Below are positions 12,121 to 24,953 of a stretch of 64,000 nucleotides of DNA, piece by piece. A model generated the notes under the pieces. That model did no database searches, was not told the origin of the DNA, and was given only the letters and a program-made list of their open reading frames with translations. A program made the position numbers and the translations under genes. How positions within the stretch are numbered: position 1 is the stretch's first letter; each line of letters starts with the position of its first letter. The stretch comes from Rhizodiscina lignyota. Its lineage: Eukaryota. The stretch is taken from contig ML978125.1 in the NCBI GenBank assembly GCA_010015805.1, positions 992,001-1,056,000 on the forward strand. The letters run 5' to 3'.

Positions 12121-12842
12121 ATGATCAATCACCTCTACACTTACTTGCACTCCATCTAAATCGGCTGTTCATCAATCGGATCGGTTGTCGCTCTTGCTGT
12201 TCCGCTGGTCATTGACTTAGTTTGCTCACGGGTCCAGCCAAACAACGCAGTGAGTATGTTGCTTCCGGCACGAGTGCTCCACTGATTGTTAACAGACGTT
12301 GTACGAAGACTTCATTCGAACTATCGAGATCATCCTTCCAGATCAAATCGACCCTAAAAGAGAGATTAGGGCCAGAGGAAGGACGCTCTTTGACACTGGG
12401 TTAGAAGGACAACCTAACCTGTCGAGACCTCGTCGAGAACAGCCTTCGAACGCCAATTAACTTCTTCGACAACTACGATCCTCACCCTGGCACTACTCAA
12501 CTTGGTAGCACACCGCTCGGAGTTTGTGGTCAAATTAAGTTGACTTACTACGTTGAGAAGCCCCCAGTGTGCAGACCACAGTTGTTCGTCAAAGCGCAAA
12601 CCCATACAGACATATTTCTTGTTTCCGAATCGTGGGATCTCCCATTCATAGTCGCAATAGGGAAGCACTCTATCAACAAGCACGGCTTCACCATGATGAA
12701 TGGTCCCCGTGATGTCACGGAGAAGGCAAGGGAGAGAGAGGAGAGGAGGATGAGGAAAAAAGGTTCGACTTCCAGACATCTCGACGTGGTGTTCGCAGGT
12801 CTAACTGACATCCGCTTCAGACTCGAAGAACAGCAAGGCTGA
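12121..12842 (+). pseudogene. Disrupted retropepsin-like (clan AA) aspartyl protease gene
   Basis: ATG 12121, in-frame TAA at 12157, intron 12250-12295 (GTGAGT..CTGAT..CAG), RTLFDTG at about 12380-12400, +1 frameshift, then DNLTCRDLV..GQIKLTY..DIFLV..FIVAIGKHSINKHG and a charged tail. Confidence 0.55.
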
Positions 12843-13562
12843 CGCTAATGGAGACGCTGCTGCCACGTCCACCGCAACAAATGGTTCCTCAAGTGCAAGC
12901 CATCGGGCTAAACATTCGAGTTCGTCTAGTTCTCGAGACCACATCCCAAAGTGCTGTATAATTCTGTGAGAAGCCGCTGGAGAATAGTGCTATCTAATTG
13001 GTCGAACAAAATCTGGGGAAAGAATCAAACTTCATGCGACAGAAAATGCGGATCCTGAGAAACCACAGAACCCTACGTATGGGGTCTTCAGAATCTTGCC
13101 CAACCTAAAAGCAACTGCATTACTTGTCTTGCATTAATGCGTTTCAGCGTCATCAAAAGGACCAGCATGACACTAGCATGTGCGTGGTCCCAACGTGGAC
13201 TATTTGGTAGTAATTGCCATGGATTTGGGAATTAAATACATTTCAAGTATCTCAACAAACCGTTTTTGCTGCGTGTGGCTTTCTGTGATGACTTTGACGC
13301 GACGTTCCCCAGCCTTGCGGGAGTTGGTTGGTCCAAGCCACGTGCACTGGTCACTGATTGGCCGCGGTCTCAGTCAACCAAATCTTACGCGAGGGTTTAC
13401 TCCCAGACCTGCAGAAGTTGGGAAACACTTATCTGCACTTGCATCGCAGCATGTCCCGTTTACGTTGTAGAGAACGTGGTTACTTATGGAACCGCGCTTG
13501 CAGCTGCGATGTCATCCAGCTAGCCTTGTAAGGCGTTCTCAATACCTGTCGTATGGAATAGC

Positions 13563-13749
13563 TATCCCCCGTGTCGACACGTATTCCTCGGCCCGGTATT
13601 AGGGCAGCCGGACTTATAAGGGCACGTAGGGGGCTATGCACCGAAAAACCGATAATTGCACGTAAATCCTGGGTGCTCAGGGCACCCGGGATACGGGTAC
13701 TTTCGTGCCGAAGCTGAAAGGAATGCCAGCTGTATCGACAAGGGGGATA
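13563..13749. repeat. Imperfect inverted repeat / foldback structure (candidate ncRNA or MITE-like relic)
   Basis: 13563-13580 TATCCCCCGTGTCGACAC versus 13732-13749 GTATCGACAAGGGGGATA (16/18 complementary), enclosing a 12-bp hairpin at 13666-13692. Confidence 0.6.
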
Positions 13750-14575
13750 CGCCTTGACCGCTAAATGCACCGCGTATTCGAGTAATTAGCGCATTCGAAC
13801 TACTTGTATAAGGTATATTTGGAGCCGCGCACCAACCGAATCGCGCTAAACAAGGTAGTCTATCTGCAATTGCGTCATTGGCTTTGATGTGAACTATCAC
13901 AAAGTCGCAACTCCACCGTCCGCGTTCGTTTCAGGAAGTGTTCACCTTAAATGCCTCGCCGTCTTGCAGGCTCTAGATCATTTAAACCACGCTAGTTGAT
14001 GTACAGCTCAGTTGTTTTCATGCTATTCCCTGCTAGTAAAAAATTACAATCCAATCGCAGCAGAAGAACGCCCGATAGACGCTCGCCTCACACTCTCGCG
14101 TAGAAGCCGACTCCCCCGAGACAGCATGCCATGCGCCACGCCTTGATTGTCGTACGACCAAGGCACGCAAGAGGGTGACGAAACGGTTGTTCTCGATGAA
14201 GGTGCAAAGGACTCAACAAAAAAGATGTTCACTCTCTAATCTAGGTGAAAGCATTCCCGAAAGTTCAATTTGACATACTTCAGTTGATGCCATTTAAACA
14301 CTACACAGTTTTAATAGACATGATTTGTCAGACTCGAAGAGCCTGTGCATGTTATCTATCGAAGCTACGGTATAGCCTTTTCGTCATCTTTGACGGTCGT
14401 TCGCAGAATCCTTTAGCGAATCCATTCCCTGCTTCTCCCGTAGCCGTGATGCTGGAAACACACAGCAGCATGTATGCATCATTCGCCCTGGTCAGGGGTC
14501 ATGCAGTCCGTGCAGAGTTCTGTCATCCCACCGGATGACAACTCGTGAATCGATCCTGGTTCAACATAAGTAGTC

Positions 14576-16120
14576 TCATGTAACTCTTCTTGCGGCGCCA
14601 TTAATATTACTGGAATGTGCAAGAAGGAACTTGCAGCATGTCAAGAGGTATTTGCATCCCTTCGTCCATGACTCTTCCTGATTGAAGCCAAGCTTGATGC
14701 TGACTTCGTTGATCTTTCCCTTCTCGATGATATAAGGGAGTTTCACGCCCGGGCTCGTAGATCCATCCCGTTCATGAACCGGAGTGTTCTCCATGTGCTC
14801 TCCTAGTTGTCGCACACACTCAAGGAAATGGACCATTGCTTGGTCAAACTTGGCGTGAAACCCGACCAATCCAAATGTGAGGTCGCCAGAGTTGAAAAGA
14901 GGAAACTCTCTCCTGCTCTTCACTACATGAGATGGATCATTACCTGTCACTGATTGAGGAGTTTCGATTTTGTAGAGGACAGACGTAGATCCAAGGGGTT
15001 TCAATTCGTATCCTTTAAATATGAAGCCTAATTTTTCGGCAACGGTCGCAAGGAGAAGACAGGTTTGTCCAAGTGCCGCATTGATTTCGGCCCAATCGAC
15101 TGTCTTATCAGGAAGCCGTCCAAGGCGAAGATTGTTTATTGTTGCGAAATAGCCATCATGGCCAATACAAAAGATATCATTGAATACATTGGTCCGTTGC
15201 AGGCGGAGTAATTGCTTCGAGTCATGGTCGAATCGTGCATTGAGCCGGTCCCTTTCGTTCTGGAAAGAGGCGAGAGTCGTGGAGAACGCATTTCGATTTG
15301 CCCAAAACTTCTCCTCTTCTTTGTCCAAGTCTAGCGACTCTGCCTCCAACGCAAGGAGTTCGTCGTCCAGTGCAGCCTTCTCCTTCTCAAGCTGTTCCAG
15401 CTCTACAAATGCAGCAGCCTCACGGTCCTGAGCTTCCTTGAGCTCCATCTCTGCTTGTTGTACTTCCTCATCTGTTGGGATATCTGCATTCGCCTGCCTG
15501 AGAAACTCGATGTACGCATCCCGCTCTTTCGTCGCGCCCGCCAACTGCTTCTGCAAGCCCTCAACCAGCATCTCCGTGCACTCGACACATATAGGATGAT
15601 CGATATCAGAGCGCGCGGACATGGTCTCGAATAAACGAGCGGTTGTCTCCATCTTCTGCGAAAGCAGGCTCTCGGACTCCTGAGCGGGCTGTGAGATGTG
15701 TTGTGTTCCATTGCGAGTAACTTTCGTGTCGTGTGCTTGATCATGCAGCTGAGGTACGACTTGACTCTCTGTGAGCATAACAAAGCTCATGGCCGGATTC
15801 TGATGTCGTTGGTTCAACGCCTGGCTGGCGAGGACAGATTGAGGGTGGTTTGAGTGCACAGTCCGCTTGACCGCTGGCGAGCGCGCTTGCTGGGATAGTT
15901 GTTGGTATTCATGTTTGCGCTCTTCGGGGTAGGTACGTGATGATCGAGAAAAGGAACTTGTCGGAGGGCTCGTCGGGTTTGTCGCTTCTGTTGTTTATGA
16001 TTAGAGCAGGTCATTGGACTGAGTGAATGACCAACCTGTCAATAGTTTGAAGGCAGCTGGGTTTAGATCGTCTAAGGAGTCGTCTAGACGGATAGGTGTA
16101 CGGCACTGCTGGCAGAACAT
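14576..16120 (-). CDS. ATG6: Autophagy protein Atg6/Vps30 (Beclin-1) (intron 15988-16035)
   Basis: MFCQQCRTP N-terminus, SFVMLTESQ, DIDHPICVECT, coiled coil, LQRTNVFNDIFCIGHDGYFATINNLRLGRL, WAEINAALGQ, WTKGCKYLLTCCKFLLAH. Confidence 0.95.
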
Positions 16121-16421
16121 GGCTGCCGCGGTGCAATATACACGTTGTGTTGTGACGCTGCGTAAGTTGATCGGAGGTGGATCTAATCGGAGTTTAAGTT
16201 GTCGAAGTACGGAGTACGTCAATATGCCTGCCTCGGAAGTGGTGCACGGACCATTCTGCGATCACACCCCATGCAAGACGCGACTTTGGCGTTCGCGAAT
16301 CGCGCCGTTGCCATTCGACACTTGGCTCGCGTGCTGCTGAATTGAACATCCACGACTCGCTCAACAACTCTGTCCTCCACCCTCTTTGCTTTCTTGCTTC
16401 CCTAGCTTCTGGTGATGGAGT

Positions 16422-19400
16422 ATGGAGGGTGTTATCGCAAGTCCCAATAGCCAAAATGGCTCCCGCCTCCTCCCCGCCAACGATCCATATCCTGCGACGA
16501 ACTTCCCCCGACTAGCTCAGACACCACAGCGCCCGCATCTTGAACATGCTAGCTTTGTCTACCCTGCTGAGTATAACGAGGAGCTTGAACGCGATCGTCG
16601 AAAGAACGACCTCAAACTGAAGAGCCGATTTGAGCATATCTTTTCGAAGTATGGAAAGAACTTTGCGGAAGTTGGTGACGAGGTAGATTTGGTAACGGGC
16701 GAGCTTGTCGTAAACAATGGACATCTCCAGCACATGCGAAACGAGGTGGACTTGGGAGATGGACGGAAAAATACGTGGGACTCGGAAGACTCGGATTCAA
16801 GTAGTTCTGAAGAGGGAGAAAGCGCTTCTGAGGAAGGCTACAAGTCTGAGCAGGTTGATGTAAGTTGTCTGTATACGTGTGTATACACGCATATATTAAT
16901 TGGAAATGTGGCAGGATCCGGATGGGAGCCAATCTGATCCCCTGGACGAGACCGAAGGTTATCAAAGCGGCTCCTACGAACCTTCAGACGACGATGTCGG
17001 CAGCGAGGGACGGCCCCCTATTGAATTCGATGACGACCTACCGACAGACGAACCCACTCCTTCGCTCGATGGCAGTGTCGACGTATGGAACGACGTTCCC
17101 GAATTGCCAGGCGATTCAAGACGCCCTACGTTCCCCATGCGATCCAATGCGCCAGCCTTCTCGACCACTACCCTCAAACAGTTGGAGAACAACATAGCAA
17201 CACAGATTGCTCAATTTATGCAAGGCTATCATCAGACCCAGCCTTCTGCTACTGATGGGCAACCTCATGCATCTAGTCATCCGCAGCCTCAGGTCAAGAT
17301 AGATCTGGATCCTTCTTCGGCTACTTATGGCCAAATCACTTTCAATCATGACTCTAGTTCTGTTGCAAAGCGACCGCTACCAGACGATGGCGTCTCACCC
17401 ACTCAGGAAGCTGCCAAACGACCAAAATTCGCTACACAGGCTTCGCTTTCCTACCCGTTCATGCAGACCCCAAATGATGTCGCTGCGAATGTCGCTCGAA
17501 GAATTGCCGCAGCCGGACTTCCAACCGAACCTGGTCCTGATGGTAGATGGCCATCTTACAAGCGTTCAAAGTCAGGGGGACGAACAAAGTCTGGAAAGGT
17601 CGCAAGTGGTTCGATATATGCTCAACAGCTTGAGGCACCGGATGCTGCACCGACAACGGACGATCAAGCTACATTGGAAGAAGAGACACAAATAATCTCC
17701 GAAGAACCAACAGAGATGGCATTGCAATCAATAACCGACCAGGGAACGACTGACGCCGATCTTTTTATCGATCCTGTTCTTCTAGGAGGTTCAAGTGCAC
17801 TGCAAACAGCAGGCAGGAACAATTTGGTTTCTGCACCGCATCATGATCAAAGCAACCCTGCAAGCCCTGGTTCACATTATTCTGCGAACACTGCGAGACC
17901 TCTCGTCACGAAAAGAGTGACCAAGCCCGATGTACCGTTTACGGAAGAGGACGATCTGCTCATAATAGAGCTCAAGGACAATCGCGGCATGCTTTGGCCT
18001 GACATTCATGACATTTTCTTCCCAGAGAGACGTACCAATCAGCTGCAGTACAGATATTACACGTATTTGAAGCCTGAGAGCCACAACGAATTCACGGAGC
18101 AAGATGACGATTTGATAGTCGAGCTGAAGGAAACAGACAACCTCACTTGGAATGTTATCCAGCGAGAGTACTTCCCTGAATTCAGTGTCAGCCAACTTCA
18201 GTACCGCTACTACTCAAAATTAAGTAACACCGATCGGAAATCACGCTGGACAGAGGAACAGGATGAGTTGCTCGCAGAACTCAAGGACATCAAAAATTTG
18301 ACGTGGGCAGAGATGCGCCGAGATTATTTTCCTGGGCGAACCCTTGGGCAAATTCAATACCGCTACTACAACAAGGTCCGGCCTCGTGACTGGAAAGAGC
18401 GACTTCTTGAACTTACCAAGACTGCGGAGGAAGCAAAGATCCAAAAGCGTGGTGAGACGCTTTCTGGACATTATGGCAAAGAGGGAAAGGCTGCCGCTGC
18501 TGAGGATTCAGATGGCCCGGATGAAGTTCTGTGGAATGCCTATCGTCGCTTGGCAGGTGCGAGCGATATATTGAGCGAGTCTAAGAAAAAGCGTCATGCA
18601 GAGAGGAAACGGAAGAAGGCGGAAGAAGAGGAGCGCAAAGCGGCCCGGAAGGCAGCAAAGCAAGCGCGGAAGGCAAAGACAGGAGAGCAAAGGCAAAGAG
18701 GAGTTAGCAAGAAGAAGAAAGGGGACAAGAGTGGACTCGAACGCTCAACAAGACCACCCAGGTCAGCTAGCTTTGAAACCTCGGGCTATATCGATAACCA
18801 TTCTCTTGAGGACGATGCGCAACTGGATTCGGACGCATATAATGCTGGGCAGGCTACAGCGTCTACCACGGTTCATGGTTTGGGTTTGAACATGGCCAGA
18901 CCGGCAAACGAACCTCAACTGGAACATTTATTCAGGACGCATTCGAGCTCTGTGCAGCAGCAGCAGCAGCAGCGTGAGGATGCTTTTGACCTATATGAGC
19001 ATTATCAAAAGGATACAAGGCCGATGACCGAAAGACAGCGAAGAGCACAAGTTCAGGAGTCTATGGAAGCTCATCGGCAGCAAAGACTGCTTCAGGAAGC
19101 CTCTAAGCTGGGTCCAATGCTTCTCCCCAAAGGATCTGTCAGCGCTCCGCTGGTGGCTATTTCGCCCAATCTCGTGCCAACCTCATCTTCGCTCACGAAT
19201 TCTGGTGATGCGATTCTGTCGAATTCACCAGCATACCTTTCGCCTTACCCATGCGGGCTTCCGAACAAGGCCAGCTACCAGCGAACCAAGATCAAGAAAC
19301 TTAGTCAGTTGATGTTGGAGAAGGAGCTGCAAGAAGGCAGGCCCGGGTCGCCATCCAAGGCACGCCAGGGTGACTCTCAGCAAGCCGTCGAAAACCAGTT

Positions 19401-21072
19401 TGCCCCGACCATCCAAGCAACTCTGACTGCTGACCAGCGCATCGCGCTTGAACAACCAGAGAAGCTCGATTCGATGGGGACAGAAGTCGGTACGCCTCTC
19501 TCCGAATTAATCCAAACAGCATCGACGCCAAATTTCACTCCCGAGAGCGGTTACAGCGAAGATCTGAACGCGACTCCATGCGACTCCACAATTAGTCTCG
19601 ATCTCGTAGATCCTGAGCTTGAGCGAGGGCAAATAACCGAGAATATATTCCAGGAGCATACAGAAGCTGAGACCACTCGCAATGAGTCATCTAAGAAACT
19701 ATCCACACAATTGCTATCTTCAGTTGAACAACAGCAAGATCAGCGATATGATGAAAACTTCATCTCTTCGACTGTCCAGAATTCAGTAGATCTAACCATG
19801 GACGGCACTGGAGAATATTCTTTGACAAAACTACTTCAATCCCAGACTTCCAGTCAACGAGCAGAGACTATTTGGCACAGGCAACTCGCGAAGAAGACCA
19901 CAACAAAGACCCAGGAGCAACCTATGGTCCCACCATCCACTCAACCAAACCGGAAAGTTGGACCAAAGGCGAAAACAAGCAAGCCAAAGACATATTCTAA
20001 GCAAAACCAAGCTCCTCCCGCGTCTCAACATGACGGTGTGGATGTTGTGGCCGCTTCCGCACCTCAAATCGCAGCTCCACCCCCAGGTTCACTCCGCGAA
20101 GTCTTGATGGAGGCCGAAACGCATAGACAGAGAGCCTCTTCCGCGCTAGAGCAACTTAAAGCGAGAGGCTATTCCATCGGCTCCAATCTTGTTAACACAT
20201 CCGCATCAGATCCCATGCACCAGCCGCTACCACGTGAGCTGTGGGCGGGACCAACAGCTACGCCCCATATCACAATCAGGAACTACACTCCATCGAACTT
20301 AGGCATACAAAAACCTAGCCAAGGAGAAGTCGCTCCACGCCCGCCGCACCAGGCGCTGGCTCGTCAGACAAATCGTCAGGGTCAAGCTGATCCCAAGCTT
20401 CAGGCTCATCAACCACTTCAGCCGCAAAATGAACGGCAGCCACCTGTTGAAAATTTTGTATTTCGAAAGGATGGCCCCAAAGATCCGATCGTGAGATCAT
20501 TTTCGACGCAAAAGAGGTCGTCCCAAGCACCTTCCCCCTCAGGGCAAGGAGAAAGCTCGAAATCGGGTACATCGCCTCTGCCCCGCGTTATCCAGAGCAT
20601 ACAAGCTGGCCCGAATATATCTCAAATGATTCCGCGGCGCCTGAATACCGCCGGAACGGATTCGACCTTTACTGGGACCGATGGTAATGCGGCACAAATA
20701 GAGAGAGACACACAGCCTCACCTGGCAGCTTTGCAACGTCCAGACTCTGAAGGAATTATCTCAACCCGTAGCATTCCTCGAGACAGCTCCATTCCCGATA
20801 AGCCCGGACGTGAAGGCGAATCTTCTGCAACAGATAATGATGCATCTGGCGACGAATTGACAGGTCACAAGGAGTTGTTTGAGAAGACTGTTTTGGGTAT
20901 GCGGGCTAGTCTGTCTTTTGTGGACACCCGCCGACCAAGGAGAAGTCGCAACAACACTCCAGTGAAATCAAATCGGGGATTGACCCCGCGCAAGACACCA
21001 GGCCGTATCAGTTCGTTGACTGCGAAGGAAGCCCAAATTGGAGATGACGCTGAAGCTGATGAGCTCGCGTAA
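16422..21072 (+). CDS. Scm3 (CENP-A chaperone)-domain protein with three Myb/SANT-like repeats and long low-complexity regions (intron 16860-16914)
   Basis: LKSRFEHIFSKYGKNFAEVGDEVDLVTGELVVNNGHL matches the Scm3 domain; three repeats of F/W-TEE-D-L--ELK----L-W--I---YFP-----QLQYRYY; spliced frame continuous. Confidence 0.8.
18955..18972 (+). repeat. (CAG)6 microsatellite encoding poly-Q
   Basis: Six tandem CAG within the Scm3/Myb CDS. Confidence 0.8.
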
Positions 21073-21230
21073 AAGAGTTTCAGTATTGGTGTTGTGCTTA
21101 TTTGTGTAGTTGTGCATATCGGTATTGTAAGAGAATGCAGCAGCATTCGACTTGCGAAGAAGAAACCACCGGTAGAGCCTCTCGATGGATGCGTTGGCAA
21201 GTGTTATGTATGTCTGATATTATAATGAAA

Positions 21231-22548
21231 CTATGCATTGAGCACTTGGTCAAGTGTGGTATCTGTAGCATCGCCAATGTGGCCTGCATGAGACCAGAAC
21301 TTGCTCAAGTGTCTCGTTCCTGAATCGCAGAGTATTGTCACCACGCGGTGACCTGGTCCAAGTTGTCTTGCGACTTTGGTAGTGGCGACGCCTGCCATAT
21401 TATCAATGTCGGTACTCCATATACATCGTGTTATACTCACAGTTAACGGCGCTGCTGCTCCCGATGAAGATCCCATCCTTTTCCACAAGCCATCTTGCCA
21501 TCGCCATCGCTTGCTCGTCTGTAACGCGAATCGCATCGTCGATCAACTCTCTTCCTGCCTCGAAATTATGCGTGACACGATTGATCCCAATGCCTTCCAC
21601 GATCGTATCAACTTGGTGCCTTCGTCTCGTCCCTTCTCTCTCCTTCGGATCGAACATCACGCCATACTTGATCCTATTGAACAGCCCACTGCCTTGTGGG
21701 TCTGCGAGTACAACCTTCAGGTTTGGCAATCGGGGCTTCAAGAACAGCGCGACACCAGAGATTGTACCGCCGGTACCTGCGCCTGCGACAAACGCATCGA
21801 GGAAGCCTCCTGTCTGTTCAAGAATCTCCGGTCCAGTGCCTTCGAAGTGGGCTTGCCAGTTTGCCTCGTTCTCGAATTGGTCCGCGAAGATACCGCGGCC
21901 TGGACGAGACGGATTTTCCGTATGCTCTGCAGCTCGATTGCGAGCCTTATTGACGAACTGATTTTGATCCACGATTGGTGCCGGCCGGACACGCTCGACT
22001 TCAGCGCCCAATTTGAGGAGCAGATCTGACTTCTCGGTCGCTTGATCGTCTGGCATGCAGATATGTGCAAGATAGCCCTTTGCTCGACATAGCGCAGCTA
22101 GTGATATTCCCGTCGAGCCGACAGTACCCTCGTATATCACGTCTCCGGAATTTGGGGTCAGTAGACCCTCCTCTTCAGCTGTGCGGATGATGTTCAAAGC
22201 CACCCTATCCTTTGGACTGTTTCCAGCGCCATTTAGGAACTCTGCCTTTGCGAGAATTTCACATCCAGTGGCGTCTGATAAAGATTTGATCTTAAACAAT
22301 GGCGTTCCTCCAATGCAGGCTTCGATCCCTTCGGGAATATCCTTATCTATAGTCGCCGCACTTGATCTTGCGCTCACCGCGTTATCCTTCAGGCGAACCT
22401 TTGGATTTCTGAGGTCAGCTAAGGAGAAACGTCGTCGGCGCAGGTGGTAGTGACGTTCGAGGTCCGGATATACATCTTTAAATCCAAGCGTGAGCAGCAC
22501 ACCTGCGAGGAAGCTGAGGCCTATGTACAACGAAGTATGGCTTGACAT
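21231..22548 (-). CDS. Cysteine synthase family PLP enzyme with N-terminal TM anchor (cysteine synthase 2 / Mcy1-like; intron 21392-21440)
   Basis: AKAEFLNGAGNSPKDRVA (PLP lysine), EGTVGSTGISLA, GAGTGGT, VEGIGI, FIGSSSAVN|CVA, VVTILCDSGTRHLSKFW. Confidence 0.93.
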
Positions 22549-23034
22549 CCTGCTATGTATTGCTGTGGATATAGTTTAGTGAAGAACTGTATTTGCAGAA
22601 TTGCCTCATTGCTTCATGTTGTCAAAGAAACCTGCTGATATGCCATTCAAATGCTGGTCGTTATTTTGGTATCATTACAGCACTAAGCTATTTATGGTGT
22701 AATATTTCATTATGAGATGACTTTAAATATAAATTACATGTTTTTGAGGGTGCAAACTATTTAATAGCAATACAATACATCCAATTATCATACCTCATCA
22801 TAGCAAACCACAGAGACTCATATATAGGACAGTGATTTCATGAGTCCAATATTGTGATCATCATTATATTAGTGTGACAATACTGATCTTTTCTCAATCC
22901 TCCTGGGGTAGCATATCGAAATCGAAATTGAATGGCGTTTCCATCTCCTGCATAGACGTGGTCCAAGCTTCCCTGAGCTTCAATTTGACAAAGCGTCTCC
23001 GCAAAGACGTATTCTGCTTCCTTCTCGCGCGTCC

Positions 23035-24659
23035 ATGGATTCGCCCGCCGTGACCAAGCTGTTCCGGCGATTGTTTGCCCATGAAACATGCTCGACGCTT
23101 CGTACGCAACGATTATCCTCCGTTCGTCAGCAATCCCTAGCGCAATATCACCAGCGACGTAAATATCGCAACCAAGTCCGATCGAGAGAAGGAGGAACGG
23201 GCACCTGGCAGCAGAGAACATCATTCTTTCCAGAGGATAAGACAAATGAGTACCGAGAGTACCCTACCGTCACAGCAGATCAGCTGCGTGCATGGAGAAG
23301 ACGGCCCAGGAGGGTGAAAATGCTCATGCGAGATTTCATTGAAGGTATACGCTATCCGTTCCTGCCTTAAGGGTCGATAACGAGACTAATAGCACATTTA
23401 GATAGCTTATACAACCCTCATTATGGATATTTCCCAAAACAAGCAGTCATCTTCTCCGGAGATCCATTCAATTTCCGCCAGTTGAAGGACGAAGCTGAGT
23501 TCCATCGGAAGCTGGGCGAGCGCTACCTCGAGTTCGAGAATGCCTTGGACGAGAAGGAAGAGAATGAGACGAGACAATTGTGGCACACACCCACCGAGCT
23601 CTTTCGACCCTATTATGGCGAGGCGATTGCACGATACTTGGTCACGAACTATAAGCTCTCGCTTTACCCGTACAACGACCTGCTGATATACGAGATGGGA
23701 GCGGGCAATGGCACATTGATGTTGAATATACTCGACTACATCCGCGATGCGAACCCCGAAGTTTACGAAAGGACAAAATTCAAGGTCATAGAGATCTCAT
23801 CGTCACTTGCGGCTCTCCAGGAGAGCCAGTTGATGCGGTCCGCCGTAGCTCGCGGCCACCTGGAGAAGGTCGAGATCATTAATCGCTCGATTTTTGACTG
23901 GGATACCTATGTTTCTTCGCCATGCTTCTTCCTCGCGCTCGAAGTCTTCGACAACTTCGCTCACGACTGCATACGGTACGATCACGAAACGGAGCAACCA
24001 CTCCAGTGTCACGTCCTCATCGACCGGCAAGGGGACTTCTACGAGTTCTATGAGCGAACCCTCGATCCAGTGGCATCGCGCTTCCTCAGCGTGCGGGATG
24101 CTGCAAGCTCTTCTGCGTACACGCACCCACTCCAAACCCCCCGAGTCTGGCGGAAATTTCGTTCGAACTTGCCCTTTGCTCCTAATCTAACGACTCCCGA
24201 GTTCATACCGACGAGACTCATGCAATTCTTCGATATCCTGAGAGATTACTTCCCAGCACACAAGCTTGTTACCAGCGATTTCCATAGCCTTCCAGACGCC
24301 GTAGAGGGTTTCAATGCTCCCGTAGTACAGACGAGGTATCAACGCCGAACGATACCTGTTACTACAGCTCTTGTAAGTCCTTGATTTAGTTCAAACTCAT
24401 ATCATGTTCCGAATTATAGAGTTGCTGACGATAGTATTTTACTGCATAGGTACACCAGGGCTACTTTGACATCCTTTTCCCCACGGATTTCGGCGTCATG
24501 GAGGATATATATCGCGCCATCACAGGCAAATTGACTCGAGTAATGTCGCACGAAGATTTCCTGAAGAGATGGGCATACGTCGAGGAGACAGAGACACGTA
24601 GCGGAGAGAATCCGTTGCTCAGCTGGTACAAAAATGCATCGGTCTTGACTACTGTGTAG
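23035..24659 (+). CDS. Mitochondrial SAM-dependent methyltransferase, NDUFAF7/MidA (DUF185) family (introns 23345-23401, 24373-24449)
   Basis: RDFIE|DSLYNPHYGYF, WHTPTELFRPYYGEAIA, IYEMGAGNGTL, ALEVFDNFAHD, V|HQGYFDILFPTDF. Confidence 0.9.
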
Positions 24660-24953
24660 ATAACGGAGAATTTCGTTTGTTCTTGTTATGGAAATTCATA
24701 ACAGCATGCGGAAGCAAAGCGTCATTGAAATTTCAGAGTAATGCTTGACCCCTACATCTGATTGCATGCATGTGATGAGCAAGAACAGAGCCATGAGAAA
24801 ACATGGATGCAAGCAAACGCCGTCATGCGAGGTCACCTTCCATGCACCCCCCTCCTTGAAGAAAGCAAGTGTACCAGAGAGCACAGCCGAGAAATGCAGG
24901 GGGTAAAACAGTAAGACCATGCCATATCCGTCACCGCAATATCGCCGATACTC

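Noticed and set aside
22620..22880. AT-rich spacer between cysteine synthase and the DUF185 gene
   Set aside because: Consistent with an ordinary divergent promoter; no terminal repeats or transposase trace
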